Of a stretch of 64,000 nucleotides of DNA, positions 55,644 through 64,000 are shown piece after piece. This stretch comes from a phage. Both the position numbers and the translations under genes were made by a program. How positions within the stretch are numbered: position 1 is the stretch's first letter; each line of letters begins with the position of its first letter. The DNA is taken from sequence record OZ335963.1; one strand, 5' to 3'. The notes beneath the pieces are model-generated. The model had not been told where the DNA came from, did not search any database, and was given only the letters and a program-made list of their open reading frames with translations.

Positions 55644-56561
55644 TTATTTTGCCCAGGGAGCCCAGGGCGGAGGGTCAAGATGGTATGAAGCTAGTTCTTC
55701 TAGAAGAGCATCTGGGGCTTCAATTCCATAATTCTGTAATACTATACGGTACTCTTTCTTATAATCACTAGAATCATTCTGGATATTCGTAGAATGATTA
55801 TCTTCTAACATCTCAAATAAATCCATATTAATTCCTAGCGATAAAAAACCAAAATAACGATTAGCTTCAATAATCTTTCTTTCTTCTTCAGACATTCTCC
55901 AGCGTAGTCCAACATCAAAATGAGCCCAGACCATCTTAACAAATGCATTTATATCTTTAATATCTTCAATAATGAATGATTTACTTTTAGAAGGTTGACT
56001 CGCTAATTTAACTTTATCGTCTTCAAACAGGTCAAAAAGACCATATTCATGATTATCTTCTAACATCTCAAATAAATCCATATTAATTCCTAGCGATAAA
56101 AAACCAAAATAACGATTAGCTTCAATAATCTTTCTTTCTTCTTCAGACATTCTCCAGCGTAGTCCAACATCAAAATGAGCCCAGACCATCTTAACAAATG
56201 CATTTATATCTTTAATATCTTCAATAATGAATGATTTACTTTTAGAAGGTTGACTCGCTAATTTAACTTTATCGTCTTCAAACAGGTCAAAAAGACCATA
56301 TTCATGGGCTCTTTTATAGCCTTTAATAGTTAAAGCTTCAGAAGAAGAAAAAGGTGAATCAGTATTCTGCAAAATATCTTCAGTATGCTTTATAATTAGA
56401 ATAACATTTTCTGGATATTTTCTTTCTTTTATATCTTTAATTAAAAGATCCGGATTTTCTGCTAAAGGAATAATTAATGAGCACTTTTTATCAAGTGTAT
56501 TTACCGATTTACCTTCTTTGGACATAAATTCTATTGAATAATGTTTTGCTACTTCAATCAT
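55644..56561 (-). CDS. hypothetical protein, 305 aa, containing an exact 85-aa tandem duplication
   Basis: Residues [24 protein letters not shown]...FEMLEDNH occur twice in a row, encoded by a perfect 255-bp direct repeat. Confidence 0.6.
   Translation of the reverse strand: MIEVAKHYSIEFMSKEGKSVNTLDKKCSLIIPLAENPDLLIKDIKERKYPENVILIIKHTEDILQNTDSPFSSSEALTIKGYKRAHEYGLFDLFEDDKVKLASQPSKSKSFIIEDIKDINAFVKMVWAHFDVGLRWRMSEEERKIIEANRYFGFLSLGINMDLFEMLEDNHEYGLFDLFEDDKVKLASQPSKSKSFIIEDIKDINAFVKMVWAHFDVGLRWRMSEEERKIIEANRYFGFLSLGINMDLFEMLEDNHSTNIQNDSSDYKKEYRIVLQNYGIEAPDALLEELASYHLDPPPWAPWAK
55794..56306. repeat. perfect tandem direct repeat, 2 x 255 bp
   Basis: 55794-56048 is identical to 56049-56303 (plus 3 nt into a third period); in-frame within the 305-aa ORF. 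Confidence 0.9.
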
Positions 56562-56714
56562 GTGATTTCCTCTTGCCTACTAACGGACCATCAGGAATTT
56601 TGTTTTCCTGGATATATTTCTCATTTTCTTCCATCATTTTACTGCCAATTTTAAGAAGCAAATCCATTGCTTCATTTGCTTTAGCCTTGGCCTCTTCTAG
56701 CGTCATATCTCTGT

Positions 56715-56918
56715 TCACGATTTATCCCCATAGATGTCTCTCATCAATTTAAGCGCTGAGCGTTCTAATTTCTTTTCTTTCTCAGCACCAATCATTGATT
56801 TCATCCATTCTTCTGATTCGTTCTGCATTTCTTTATTTGCTTGTTCAACCCAACCATCATCAATATACATTGAGTTTGGTCTATTGAACCATTCAAGCAT
56901 TTTCTTCAGAACTTTCAT
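56715..56918 (-). CDS. hypothetical protein, 67 aa
   Basis: ORF. Confidence 0.4.
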   Translation of the reverse strand: MKVLKKMLEWFNRPNSMYIDDGWVEQANKEMQNESEEWMKSMIGAEKEKKLERSALKLMRDIYGDKS

Positions 56919-57390
56919 TTGTTTTACCTAAAACAACAGTAGGAGCATCGTCAAATTTATGAATTTTTAGCAAATTTGGATGTAAAATATTCCACACAGA
57001 AGAAATAAAGTATGATAAAGCATCTTCACTTGCAATTATAAATTTATTTCCTTTATCTATTTTCCAACTATATACTGAATCATACGAATAAAAAGATAAA
57101 GGTTTATCATTATATTGTTCTGCGCTAACATTAATGTATTCTGATTTAGTAAATGCTTCAATTGCTCTAAACGGAATATTTGGTACAGTTTCAATAATAC
57201 CAATCTTTTTAAGTTTTATTTCAGCATCTTCTGGAACTGGCATTGAAACGAAATTTTCTACGAGATACATTGGGTCACAATAACCCTTATCAATCATTAC
57301 TGCTACGGTAATTGGAACGTCTTTAGCAAACGACAAACTATTACTGCTAATATACATTTCAAACAAAATCGCTTCCATAATTTTCCTCAA
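56893..57390 (-). CDS. hypothetical protein, 165 aa
   Basis: ORF. Confidence 0.5.
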   Translation of the reverse strand: MRKIMEAILFEMYISSNSLSFAKDVPITVAVMIDKGYCDPMYLVENFVSMPVPEDAEIKLKKIGIIETVPNIPFRAIEAFTKSEYINVSAEQYNDKPLSFYSYDSVYSWKIDKGNKFIIASEDALSYFISSVWNILHPNLLKIHKFDDAPTVVLGKTNESSEENA

Positions 57391-57725
57391 TCACAAGATG
57401 TAGATGAACAACTAGAATCACAAGAACTTCCACACGAATCGCCTGCCCATACATGAACAGGAACATTAGTGTCATATGAATCAGAACTAGACTGTGTATT
57501 CTGCGTATTAGATGATGCAGGTGTTGACCAGCGCCAAGGATTTTTATAATATTCTTGGGCTTCTTCATAAGTCATAGTAACTGCTTCTACTGTTCCATCT
57601 CCCATATAAACATATTCAACTACAGTTAAAGGAAGGTAGTCATTTGAAATAGGAACTACACCTTCTCCGGGAGTTGTAGAGAAAAAATCCGTAAAGAAAC
57701 TTTTAAACCAATTAAAGATAAACAT
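57387..57725 (-). CDS. hypothetical protein with Ser/Cys-rich C-terminal tail, 112 aa
   Basis: C-terminus [16 protein letters not shown]. Confidence 0.45.
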   Translation of the reverse strand: MFIFNWFKSFFTDFFSTTPGEGVVPISNDYLPLTVVEYVYMGDGTVEAVTMTYEEAQEYYKNPWRWSTPASSNTQNTQSSSDSYDTNVPVHVWAGDSCGSSCDSSCSSTSCD

Positions 57726-57937
57726 TACAAAAAGCCTCTTTGAAATTCGACTCTTTGAAATCCACCCCAGTCAGTGTATCGCATTTCAGCATTGAACTCG
57801 ACTGAACCATCTGTATGCATCATGAATGAATGCGTGACGATATCACAATCCCAGCTTTTCATACCCCATTTATCAGAGATAGCTTTGTCAAGAACCTTCT
57901 GGAGGTCTTCATTTGGTTTAATCCAGCGATTTAACAT
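57725..57937 (-). CDS. hypothetical protein, 70 aa
   Basis: ORF downstream of soc terminator. Confidence 0.45.
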   Translation of the reverse strand: MLNRWIKPNEDLQKVLDKAISDKWGMKSWDCDIVTHSFMMHTDGSVEFNAEMRYTDWGGFQRVEFQRGFL

Positions 57938-58008
57938 AGTGCTCTCCTCTATAAGATAGTTTTATTATACCATACTCATTTTGGAAAGTAAACCGGTAAA
58001 ATGAAAAA

Positions 58009-58026
58009 GGACTCCCGAAGGAGTCC
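58009..58026 (-). terminator. GGACUCC-UUCG-GGAGUCC hairpin plus U-run downstream of soc
   Basis: Same 18-nt hairpin as at 3414-3431; U-run follows on minus-sense RNA. Confidence 0.6.
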
Positions 58027-58034
58027 TTGAATTA

Positions 58035-58280
58035 TTAACCACCAGTTACTTTCCACAAATCTTCATTTGCAGTAATCCATTCAGTACGTTGATTTTCTTC
58101 ATATACTGTAGTATATGCTGCTTTTTCTGAAGGGAATATCTGATAATGAGCGCCAGAAATTTTGTGAACGTCAGAATAAAGAGGGAAAGCTACAGAAATT
58201 TCTTTTCCTTCAATTTTCTTATTTCCATCTAATTTCTGCTCAAATGTTTTAATATTAACATAACCGCGAGTACTAGCCAT
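58035..58280 (-). CDS. soc: small outer capsid protein Soc, 81 aa
   Basis: MASTRGYVNIKTFEQKLDGNKKIEGKEISVAFPLYSDVHKISGAHYQIFP... matches T4 Soc. Confidence 0.9.
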   Translation of the reverse strand: MASTRGYVNIKTFEQKLDGNKKIEGKEISVAFPLYSDVHKISGAHYQIFPSEKAAYTTVYEENQRTEWITANEDLWKVTGG

Positions 58281-58310
58281 GTAATTCTCCTTTTATTTAA
58301 ATTACATGAC

Positions 58311-58318
58311 TATTTATA
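58311..58318 (-). promoter_or_regulatory. T4-type late promoter TATAAATA upstream of soc
   Basis: Exact TATAAATA on minus sense ~30 nt before the soc ATG. Confidence 0.55.
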
Positions 58319-58352
58319 ATAAATTCTCACAGCTTTTAAGCTGTCGTTTATA

Positions 58353-58871
58353 TTAATAACCTCGGTCTTGACGAGCGAAGTTTTCGGCATTTTTTAGATA
58401 ATAAAGTTTAAAGATTTCTTCAGCCGTAAGACCGAGACCTTGGAACATGTTCAGAACGAAATGAAGAATATCAATCATTTCGAATTTAATTTCCAACTGG
58501 TCTTGCGGAGACAAATCAGTAATTAGAGTTTCACGGCGTTCACCGTGTTGAGCTTTCCAAGGCTTCCATACAGCGGATGCATCTTTTTCACCATTGCTCA
58601 TACCACCAAGAGAAGTCAGAAGTTCGCGGAATTCATCATCAATATAATCTTTCTGATTACGCAACCAATCAACAACTTCGCCTGCGGTAGCCAAATCATC
58701 AGGATGACGGTTATATTCAGGTTTATCTTTAGCTAAACGAACCTGCAGAGATTTCTGCATATCAAGCATAACCTGCAGCGGGTCTTTTTCATCACCGAGA
58801 ATATCCCAGTATTCATTTTGAGCTTTATCAGCGCCTTCAATCAGTTGACTACATTCGTTGAAATGTGGCAT
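58353..58871 (-). CDS. 56: dCTPase/dUTPase gp56 (MazG-like), 172 aa
   Basis: MazG-type NTP pyrophosphatase-like protein of T4 gp56 size, directly upstream of soc; remembered match. Confidence 0.85.
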   Translation of the reverse strand: MPHFNECSQLIEGADKAQNEYWDILGDEKDPLQVMLDMQKSLQVRLAKDKPEYNRHPDDLATAGEVVDWLRNQKDYIDDEFRELLTSLGGMSNGEKDASAVWKPWKAQHGERRETLITDLSPQDQLEIKFEMIDILHFVLNMFQGLGLTAEEIFKLYYLKNAENFARQDRGY

Positions 58872-58872
58872 G

Positions 58873-59523
58873 TTATTTTTCCTTTCTTATGAAGTTTTCT
58901 ATCATATGTCTATAGCAGATATTAGGATAACCTGCCTTGACAGCTATTTTATTAAATTTTGTGCGCTTAGGTCTATTATTATAAACCCATAATTCATAAA
59001 GCGCATCATAACTATTCCATATTTCTCCTCGCCTAGGATTTGGTAAACCATATCGAGGCGAATTTTTACCGCTAAATCTTCCTTTTCGGGCTTTACTCAT
59101 ATTAGCCTTGGCTTCATCGGATATAATTTTACCTTTATGAGCTAGACGCATTTTGGCTTTAGTTTCTTCTGGAGTCTTTTTGCCTTTAATCCATGACGGC
59201 TTGCCATATCTAGGATTATTTTCACCCGAGAAAAGAACAGAGTTTTGGATTTTAAGGGTTTCTATTAATCTACTTGTTAATTTAACACCTTTATTATATC
59301 GCATTAAATTTACAGCATAATGCAATCCTCTCACATCTGGATATATTTTAGTTAATAATCTATGAGCTATAAAATGCTCACGCGCAGTTAACTCAACAAG
59401 ATTGTTTTTGCCATCTGCTCCTCCCATACATCTAGGAATTATATGATGGCGTTCTTTATATCCGCCAAGATGCCGGCATTTAGCTTTTGTAATTAAAGCC
59501 GAGTAAATTTTTTGGTAATTCAC
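58873..59523 (-). CDS. free-standing HNH homing endonuclease with NUMOD3-like repeats, 216 aa
   Basis: HNH motif ERHHIIPRCMGGADGKNNLVELTAREHFIAH; C-terminal ENNPRYGKP / KNSPRYGLP repeats; only in-frame start is GTG at 59523 with AAAGGA SD. Confidence 0.75.
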   Translation of the reverse strand: MNYQKIYSALITKAKCRHLGGYKERHHIIPRCMGGADGKNNLVELTAREHFIAHRLLTKIYPDVRGLHYAVNLMRYNKGVKLTSRLIETLKIQNSVLFSGENNPRYGKPSWIKGKKTPEETKAKMRLAHKGKIISDEAKANMSKARKGRFSGKNSPRYGLPNPRRGEIWNSYDALYELWVYNNRPKRTKFNKIAVKAGYPNICYRHMIENFIRKEK

Positions 59524-59546
59524 ATATATCCTTTCAATTCATGGGT

Positions 59547-59580
59547 TAGTAGATTAATTATACAATAAATATATAAAGCA
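59547..59580 (-). promoter_or_regulatory. MotA-dependent middle promoter (TGCTTTA box, 11 nt, TATAAT)
   Basis: Minus sense TGCTTTA-tatatttattg-TATAAT upstream of the HNH ORF. Confidence 0.45.
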
Positions 59581-59593
59581 ATAAGGAGGATAT

Positions 59594-59794
59594 ATGGTAC
59601 AAAAATTAATGGCACTTGTAGATGCCATAAAAGGTAATAAAAGACGTATAGCTTTTACTATTTCTGCTATGGTAGGAATTTTACTTTGGAATTTTGTTTT
59701 ATCGCCAGTTGCTATTGCTCATGGTGTTAGTATTCCAGTAATTACTCTCGATACATTCGTAGATTTAGCATTTGCTTTAGTTGGGTTAATTTAA
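59594..59794 (+). CDS. small two-helix membrane protein, 66 aa, on the opposite strand
   Basis: Strong SD AAGGAGG 4 nt before ATG; two hydrophobic segments; T4-like codon usage; stop overlaps gene 61 stop. Confidence 0.4.
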   Translation: MVQKLMALVDAIKGNKRRIAFTISAMVGILLWNFVLSPVAIAHGVSIPVITLDTFVDLAFALVGLI

Positions 59795-60819
59795 ATCTTA
59801 GCATATTTAGATAGCCGCATTTTGGCCATCAACCCTTGGGCAATATTATTTTTCATATATTCCATAATTTGTTCAGGGGTTGCACCTTCCTTTCTAATCA
59901 TATCATTAACATCTTTTGATTTCCAGGGAGATTTGTCCCAAAACATAACCCTTTCTCCTGCATCAACCAATTTAGTCATTCGTTTAATAGTATCAGGGTG
60001 ACGAGGTTCATTATCTAAAACCCATACACGTCTATCTTTAAATGGAACAATTTCTAGGTCTAATTGACCACCCGTAATAGCTATACCATTTTCAATAAAA
60101 AGTGAATCTATAGGTCCTTCTAGAACATATACATCACCATCTTTGACCCGTTCAACGCCATAGATTTTTGTTGCCTCAGGATAAGCTTTGATGGTGATAT
60201 ATTTTTGGGGAGCATCTTTCTTTAATGCACGTCCTTGAAAAGACTCAGCTTTTCCGTTAGCATTATAAATTGGAATAACAAGACGAGGCTCAGGTATTTC
60301 CTTTTTATATGTTCCTGGCGCTATACTATTAACTAATTTAGGCCATTCGGTTGTAAACCAAAGATATTTCCATTTATCCTTTGGAATACAACGGGCTTTT
60401 ACATATTTTATAATTGGATGGTCTTCCGCCAGTTTATCTAATCTAATGCATGACGGAAGAGATTTAATTATTTTTTTCTCAGGTTGTTTAGGAAGTTCTT
60501 TAGGTTTTTCTACTGGACGACTTTTACCTTTTTCTTTTCTTATTTCAAAGATATACTCACGATATAAATCGGGTTCAAACTCCTTTAAATATATTCTGAT
60601 TGGTGCATGATAGTTACAGTTATAACAATGAATATTTCCTTCATTATTATCGCCATAATACCATCCACGAGCTTTATTTTGGTCGGTTTTTGAATCTCCA
60701 CAAACAGGGCATCTAAACCGCAATTTAAAAGTTGAACTATTATTTACTTGTGCGAATTTAGGTAAATGAGCCAATGCACGGTATGCAAACTCATTATCAA
60801 TCCAAGGTATTGATGACAT
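59791..60819 (-). CDS. 61: DNA primase gp61, 342 aa
   Basis: N-terminal zinc-binding CPVCGDS...HCYNC and TOPRIM-type core; length matches T4 gp61. Confidence 0.95.
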   Translation of the reverse strand: MSSIPWIDNEFAYRALAHLPKFAQVNNSSTFKLRFRCPVCGDSKTDQNKARGWYYGDNNEGNIHCYNCNYHAPIRIYLKEFEPDLYREYIFEIRKEKGKSRPVEKPKELPKQPEKKIIKSLPSCIRLDKLAEDHPIIKYVKARCIPKDKWKYLWFTTEWPKLVNSIAPGTYKKEIPEPRLVIPIYNANGKAESFQGRALKKDAPQKYITIKAYPEATKIYGVERVKDGDVYVLEGPIDSLFIENGIAITGGQLDLEIVPFKDRRVWVLDNEPRHPDTIKRMTKLVDAGERVMFWDKSPWKSKDVNDMIRKEGATPEQIMEYMKNNIAQGLMAKMRLSKYAKI

Positions 60820-60821
60820 TT

Positions 60822-60986
60822 TTACTCTTCTTTTTCTTTAGATTCCTCTTTTTTCTTTTTAGGAATCTGTTCAGGACCTTTATTTACTACAGCGCCTGAC
60901 GTTGTTCCAGTGGAGATATTTTCAGGATTACCACCTGAGTCTCCAGCTACCATATCTTCTTTAATAAATTCTTTATATGTTTTCAT
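60822..60986 (-). CDS. small acidic/lysine-rich ORF, 54 aa (below ORF-track cutoff)
   Basis: Hand translation MKTYKEFIKEDMVAGDSGGNPEN...KKKKEESKEKEE between 61.2-like ORF and gene 61. Confidence 0.3.
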   Translation of the reverse strand: MKTYKEFIKEDMVAGDSGGNPENISTGTTSGAVVNKGPEQIPKKKKEESKEKEE

Positions 60987-60987
60987 A

Positions 60988-61614
60988 TTAACCTCTATTC
61001 ATAAAAGCATTAAAAATTTGGTCATCAATAGAAACATTTACTTTAGACTGTTTTTCTGATGGTAATTCATATCCACATATTACAATTTTGTGATCAATAT
61101 CAAAATACACAGAAGCAATATGATTAATGATGTTTTCAGTAAAGTCTAAATCAACATCAATATCTTTTTGACCACAGCCCAAAGGATAAATAATGCGAGT
61201 AATTCGATTATCTTTAACAAAGATTCCACCGACATACTCTGTGCTGCGTTTAAAATCTACACGCCGACGAAATGAAAAATATTCAGGCTCTTTATGAGCT
61301 CTGCTCATAGGACACAACGAGTAACTAGAATAAGAGATGTCAAATCCTACGCCTTCAATATGAGCCAAAGTATCATGATTAAACCAATTATAATCGTACG
61401 CCAAATCCATTAGATTATAATATGTAAAAGGCACTGGATTAACATCATTAGTCACAAGCACGTAATTAGCAATTGCTATAATTTCATTGTTTTTAACGAA
61501 TACAAACCGTGATTGATGGGAATGACCTGGACCCGCGTTTTCACGATTAATGATATAACACTGGGCACCTTTATATTTGTATGTATCTTTGCACTTGTGC
61601 ATTTGATAGAGCAT
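60988..61614 (-). CDS. hypothetical protein, 208 aa
   Basis: ORF between sp and gene 61. Confidence 0.55.
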   Translation of the reverse strand: MLYQMHKCKDTYKYKGAQCYIINRENAGPGHSHQSRFVFVKNNEIIAIANYVLVTNDVNPVPFTYYNLMDLAYDYNWFNHDTLAHIEGVGFDISYSSYSLCPMSRAHKEPEYFSFRRRVDFKRSTEYVGGIFVKDNRITRIIYPLGCGQKDIDVDLDFTENIINHIASVYFDIDHKIVICGYELPSEKQSKVNVSIDDQIFNAFMNRG

Positions 61615-61907
61615 TATTCACCTACCACTTCAGCGATGATATTTTTATTATTAAAGTTTTTATCACAATACAGAACATAATTATACTGCATTACACCACC
61701 AGATTTAAGTTGTTTTTGCACTTCAGCTTTCATTTCAGGACGATCACGCTCAACGATATTCATAATATCCGCTTCAATTTGAATTTCAACCTCAGTCTGA
61801 TCTGCAGTCATAGACCACTCGCACAAATCTTTATCATAACCCGCCATAGCAGGCTGAGCAGCACAAGAAGATAAAGCAAAAATTGCAGCAAAGATAAATT
61901 TTTTCAT
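61614..61907 (-). CDS. sp: Spackle periplasmic protein, 97 aa
   Basis: Cleavable signal peptide MKKFIFAAIFALSSCAAQPAMA; size and position as T4 sp. Confidence 0.75.
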   Translation of the reverse strand: MKKFIFAAIFALSSCAAQPAMAGYDKDLCEWSMTADQTEVEIQIEADIMNIVERDRPEMKAEVQKQLKSGGVMQYNYVLYCDKNFNNKNIIAEVVGE

Positions 61908-61935
61908 GATAATCTCCTCAGTAGTTTATGTTCAT

Positions 61936-61965
61936 ATAGTATCTCAATTTCCAACAAAAGTAAAC
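61936..61965 (-). promoter_or_regulatory. T4 early-type promoter upstream of sp
   Basis: Minus sense GTTTAC-18 nt-TACTAT. Confidence 0.45.
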
Positions 61966-62219
61966 TATTTTATTTCCTCAAGTTCGTTAATCAGTAAAAG
62001 TTCTCTGACGCTAAAAACAAAGAAAAATGTGTTCCCATCAACCAGAGCATGACCGCTAATAGAACACCCTCTGCGGAATTTAGAAACTTCACAATCTAGA
62101 ACTGTAAAGGGTTTTAATCCTATGACTTTAGCTATGTGTCTATTCAGTTCACAACCACTTGCGAATTTTTCCAAATCTTCTTCTGATTTAAACTGATATT
62201 CTCTATTAACTAGCATCAT
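61965..62219 (-). CDS. hypothetical protein, 84 aa
   Basis: ORF with early promoter upstream (62232-62290). Confidence 0.45.
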   Translation of the reverse strand: MMLVNREYQFKSEEDLEKFASGCELNRHIAKVIGLKPFTVLDCEVSKFRRGCSISGHALVDGNTFFFVFSVRELLLINELEEIK

Positions 62220-62282
62220 TTTCTTTTCTCCGCGATTAGCTGATAGAATTACTATAACACAACTCTATCAGCTTGTAAACTA

Positions 62283-62567
62283 CTATTTTACTAGCATCAA
62301 TAACTGTTTCTCTAACTTAATAATTTTACGAAAGTATCTTTTGCATTGACGAATCTGCCGCTTCGTAGGGCGCACAGCAAACTTAATAAATTCCACTCGA
62401 CCAAATGGAGGGCTTTCTTCTGATGGAATATCTAACACCAATTCCCACGTATCCGCAATAAGTGCCTTGAATTGAGTATTTTTCCTGACGTTATACGGAG
62501 TAGGTTTAAATAAAACAATATGCATATTACCCTCGGCAATCCACTTCACATACTTTCTTGTCATCAA
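62283..62567 (-). CDS. hypothetical protein, 94 aa
   Basis: ORF downstream of dmd. Confidence 0.45.
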   Translation of the reverse strand: MMTRKYVKWIAEGNMHIVLFKPTPYNVRKNTQFKALIADTWELVLDIPSEESPPFGRVEFIKFAVRPTKRQIRQCKRYFRKIIKLEKQLLMLVK

Positions 62568-62709
62568 TGAAAGCTTTAACTAGCGCTTTATTAACTTCAG
62601 CATATTGAGTAGTAGCCCATTGAACGTCATCTTTCATCATTGTGATTTCTTTAGTAAACATGCTTTCATTCTTAAACCACCCCATAAAAACTACCTTTAC
62701 CAATTCCAT
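62527..62709 (-). CDS. dmd: Dmd antitoxin (inhibitor of host RnlA/LsoA toxins), 60 aa
   Basis: MELVKVVFMGWFKNESMFTKEITMMKDDVQWATTQYAEVNKALVKAFIDDKKVCEVDCRG matches T4 Dmd as I recall it. Confidence 0.75.
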   Translation of the reverse strand: MELVKVVFMGWFKNESMFTKEITMMKDDVQWATTQYAEVNKALVKAFIDDKKVCEVDCRG

Positions 62710-62738
62710 AACAATCTCCTCATTTAACCAACAAGACT

Positions 62739-62768
62739 ACTATACCATAGTCTTGTTGGCTTGTAAAC
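62739..62768 (-). promoter_or_regulatory. T4 early-type promoter upstream of dmd
   Basis: Minus sense GTTTAC-18 nt-TATAGT directly after gene 41 stop. Confidence 0.5.
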
Positions 62769-64000
62769 TAAAATTTTAATTCATTTGCCAAAGCATCTAA
62801 CTGAGCTCGAGCTGATTCGTTTCTTTGATAGCGATTCTGTTCAGCCTGAATCTGCTGTGAACCTGCTACTTCGTTTACTTCGGTTGGAGTAGAATCTTGC
62901 TCAATTTCTACCCATTTTTGATTTCCTTTTTGAACACCCATCAAAAACTTATTCCATTTATTCTTATCACCATATCGTGATTTGATTTGCTTAATGAGTT
63001 GTTGTTCAGCGGCTGCTAACTCCTCGGTTTCAATGACCGCAAGCATAAAATCGGCTGTTGCTGGAAGACCGGCAGATTCTGCAATATCGCTCATGTTAAC
63101 ATCAGAAGAATCCCAAGCTTGCTTACCAACCTGTGCTGCAGTCCAAAGAACAGTTTCGGTTTCAACAGCCAGAGCACGCAATTCTTCTGCGATGGCTTTA
63201 ACAGTTGTGTAACTATTTTCTGAATAAACTCTGATGCGACAAGATTTACAAATACCCAGATAGTCAACAATAATGATTGTTGGAACAAAATTCTTCTTGA
63301 GCTTTAATTCGTTTAAAAGCGATCGAAATGTATTAGCGTCTGCTCCACCAGTAGGATATTGCTTAACGATTAAACGACCGAGAGTAGATTTCTCACGCCA
63401 TTTTTCCATTTTTCCTTTATACTCAGCGTAAGAAATATGCCCATCATCAATGTCATCAAGAGAAACATCAAGCATGTTAGCGTCAATACGCTTAGCACAG
63501 ACTTCTTCTGCCATTTCCATGGAAATGTAAAGAACATTGTGTCCGAGTTGTAAATAATCCGCTGCCAATGAACACAGACCTAATGACTTACCGACGTTAA
63601 CACCAGCCATTAAAACGTTCAGTGTTCCAGTTTCAGCTCCACCTTTAGTAATTTTATTTAGAATTTTGAGTCTAAATGGAACCTTACGAGCTTTATTCAT
63701 ATAAGATAGCCAACGTGCTTCGTAGTCATCCATCCAATCATGACCAACGTAACTATCAAATGAAATTGATAATGCTTGGCGCATGATGTCAGGAATAGCG
63801 CCAACATCCGGCATTTTCTTATTTCGTTTTTCTGGAGGAAGCTCAGCATTAGTTTGAATTTCAATTATTTTAGACGTAGCATTAAACATCGCCCTTTGCT
63901 GAACATATTTTTCTGTTTCTTTTACTAACCAGCTGTGGTCTTCTGGAGAATCGGCTAGTTTCGAAATAAGTGTTTTTACACCAGAATATTCTGTTTCAGT
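62768..64000 (-). CDS. 41: replicative DNA helicase gp41, C-terminal ~410 aa (5' end beyond window)
   Basis: Walker A MAGVNVGKS and DnaB-family motifs; frame stays open past the listed Met to the window edge (...DHSWLVKETEKYVQQRAMFNATSK). Confidence 0.95.
   Translation of the reverse strand, partial: TETEYSGVKTLISKLADSPEDHSWLVKETEKYVQQRAMFNATSKIIEIQTNAELPPEKRNKKMPDVGAIPDIMRQALSISFDSYVGHDWMDDYEARWLSYMNKARKVPFRLKILNKITKGGAETGTLNVLMAGVNVGKSLGLCSLAADYLQLGHNVLYISMEMAEEVCAKRIDANMLDVSLDDIDDGHISYAEYKGKMEKWREKSTLGRLIVKQYPTGGADANTFRSLLNELKLKKNFVPTIIIVDYLGICKSCRIRVYSENSYTTVKAIAEELRALAVETETVLWTAAQVGKQAWDSSDVNMSDIAESAGLPATADFMLAVIETEELAAAEQQLIKQIKSRYGDKNKWNKFLMGVQKGNQKWVEIEQDSTPTEVNEVAGSQQIQAEQNRYQRNESARAQLDALANELKF

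Noticed and set aside
55794-56306. Possible CRISPR array or satellite
   Set aside because: Only two copies, 255 bp long, no spacers, and in-frame within a coding sequence; it is a gene-internal tandem duplication.

Overview
This window reads as a contiguous stretch of a T-even (T4-like, Tequatrovirus-type) phage genome, running from the 5' end of DNA ligase gene 30 to the 3' part of helicase gene 41. Identification rests on reading the translated ORFs against remembered T4 protein sequences and gene order; no database search was run. Three blocks are visible: (1) 1-24.3 kb, minus strand: ligase N-terminus, 30.x ORFs, rIII, 31, cd, pseT, alc, rnlA, denA, an intron-split nrdB, nrdA, td, frd, 32, segG, 59, 33, dsbA, rnh. 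(2) 24.3-34.6 kb, plus strand: long tail fibre genes 34-35-36-37-38 and holin t. (3) 34.5-64 kb, minus strand: asiA, arn, motA, 52, ac, stp, ndd, denB, rIIB, rIIA, 39, dexA, dda, srd, modA, modB, soc, 56, 61, sp, dmd, 41. Several features look T2/RB-like rather than T4-like: a glycine-rich gp38 adhesin, a gp37 with a C-terminal chaperone-like tail, an unsplit gene 39, an intronless td, and an nrdB intron carrying a full-length 269-aa HNH endonuclease. I found no CRISPR array, tRNA/rRNA gene or obvious defence island. The most unusual observations are a perfect 255-bp in-frame tandem duplication (55794-56306), a free-standing HNH endonuclease plus an opposite-strand small membrane ORF between genes 56 and 61, a 68-codon ORF wedged between frd and td, an exact 70-bp promoter repeat 17 kb apart, and a ~400-bp non-coding gap.
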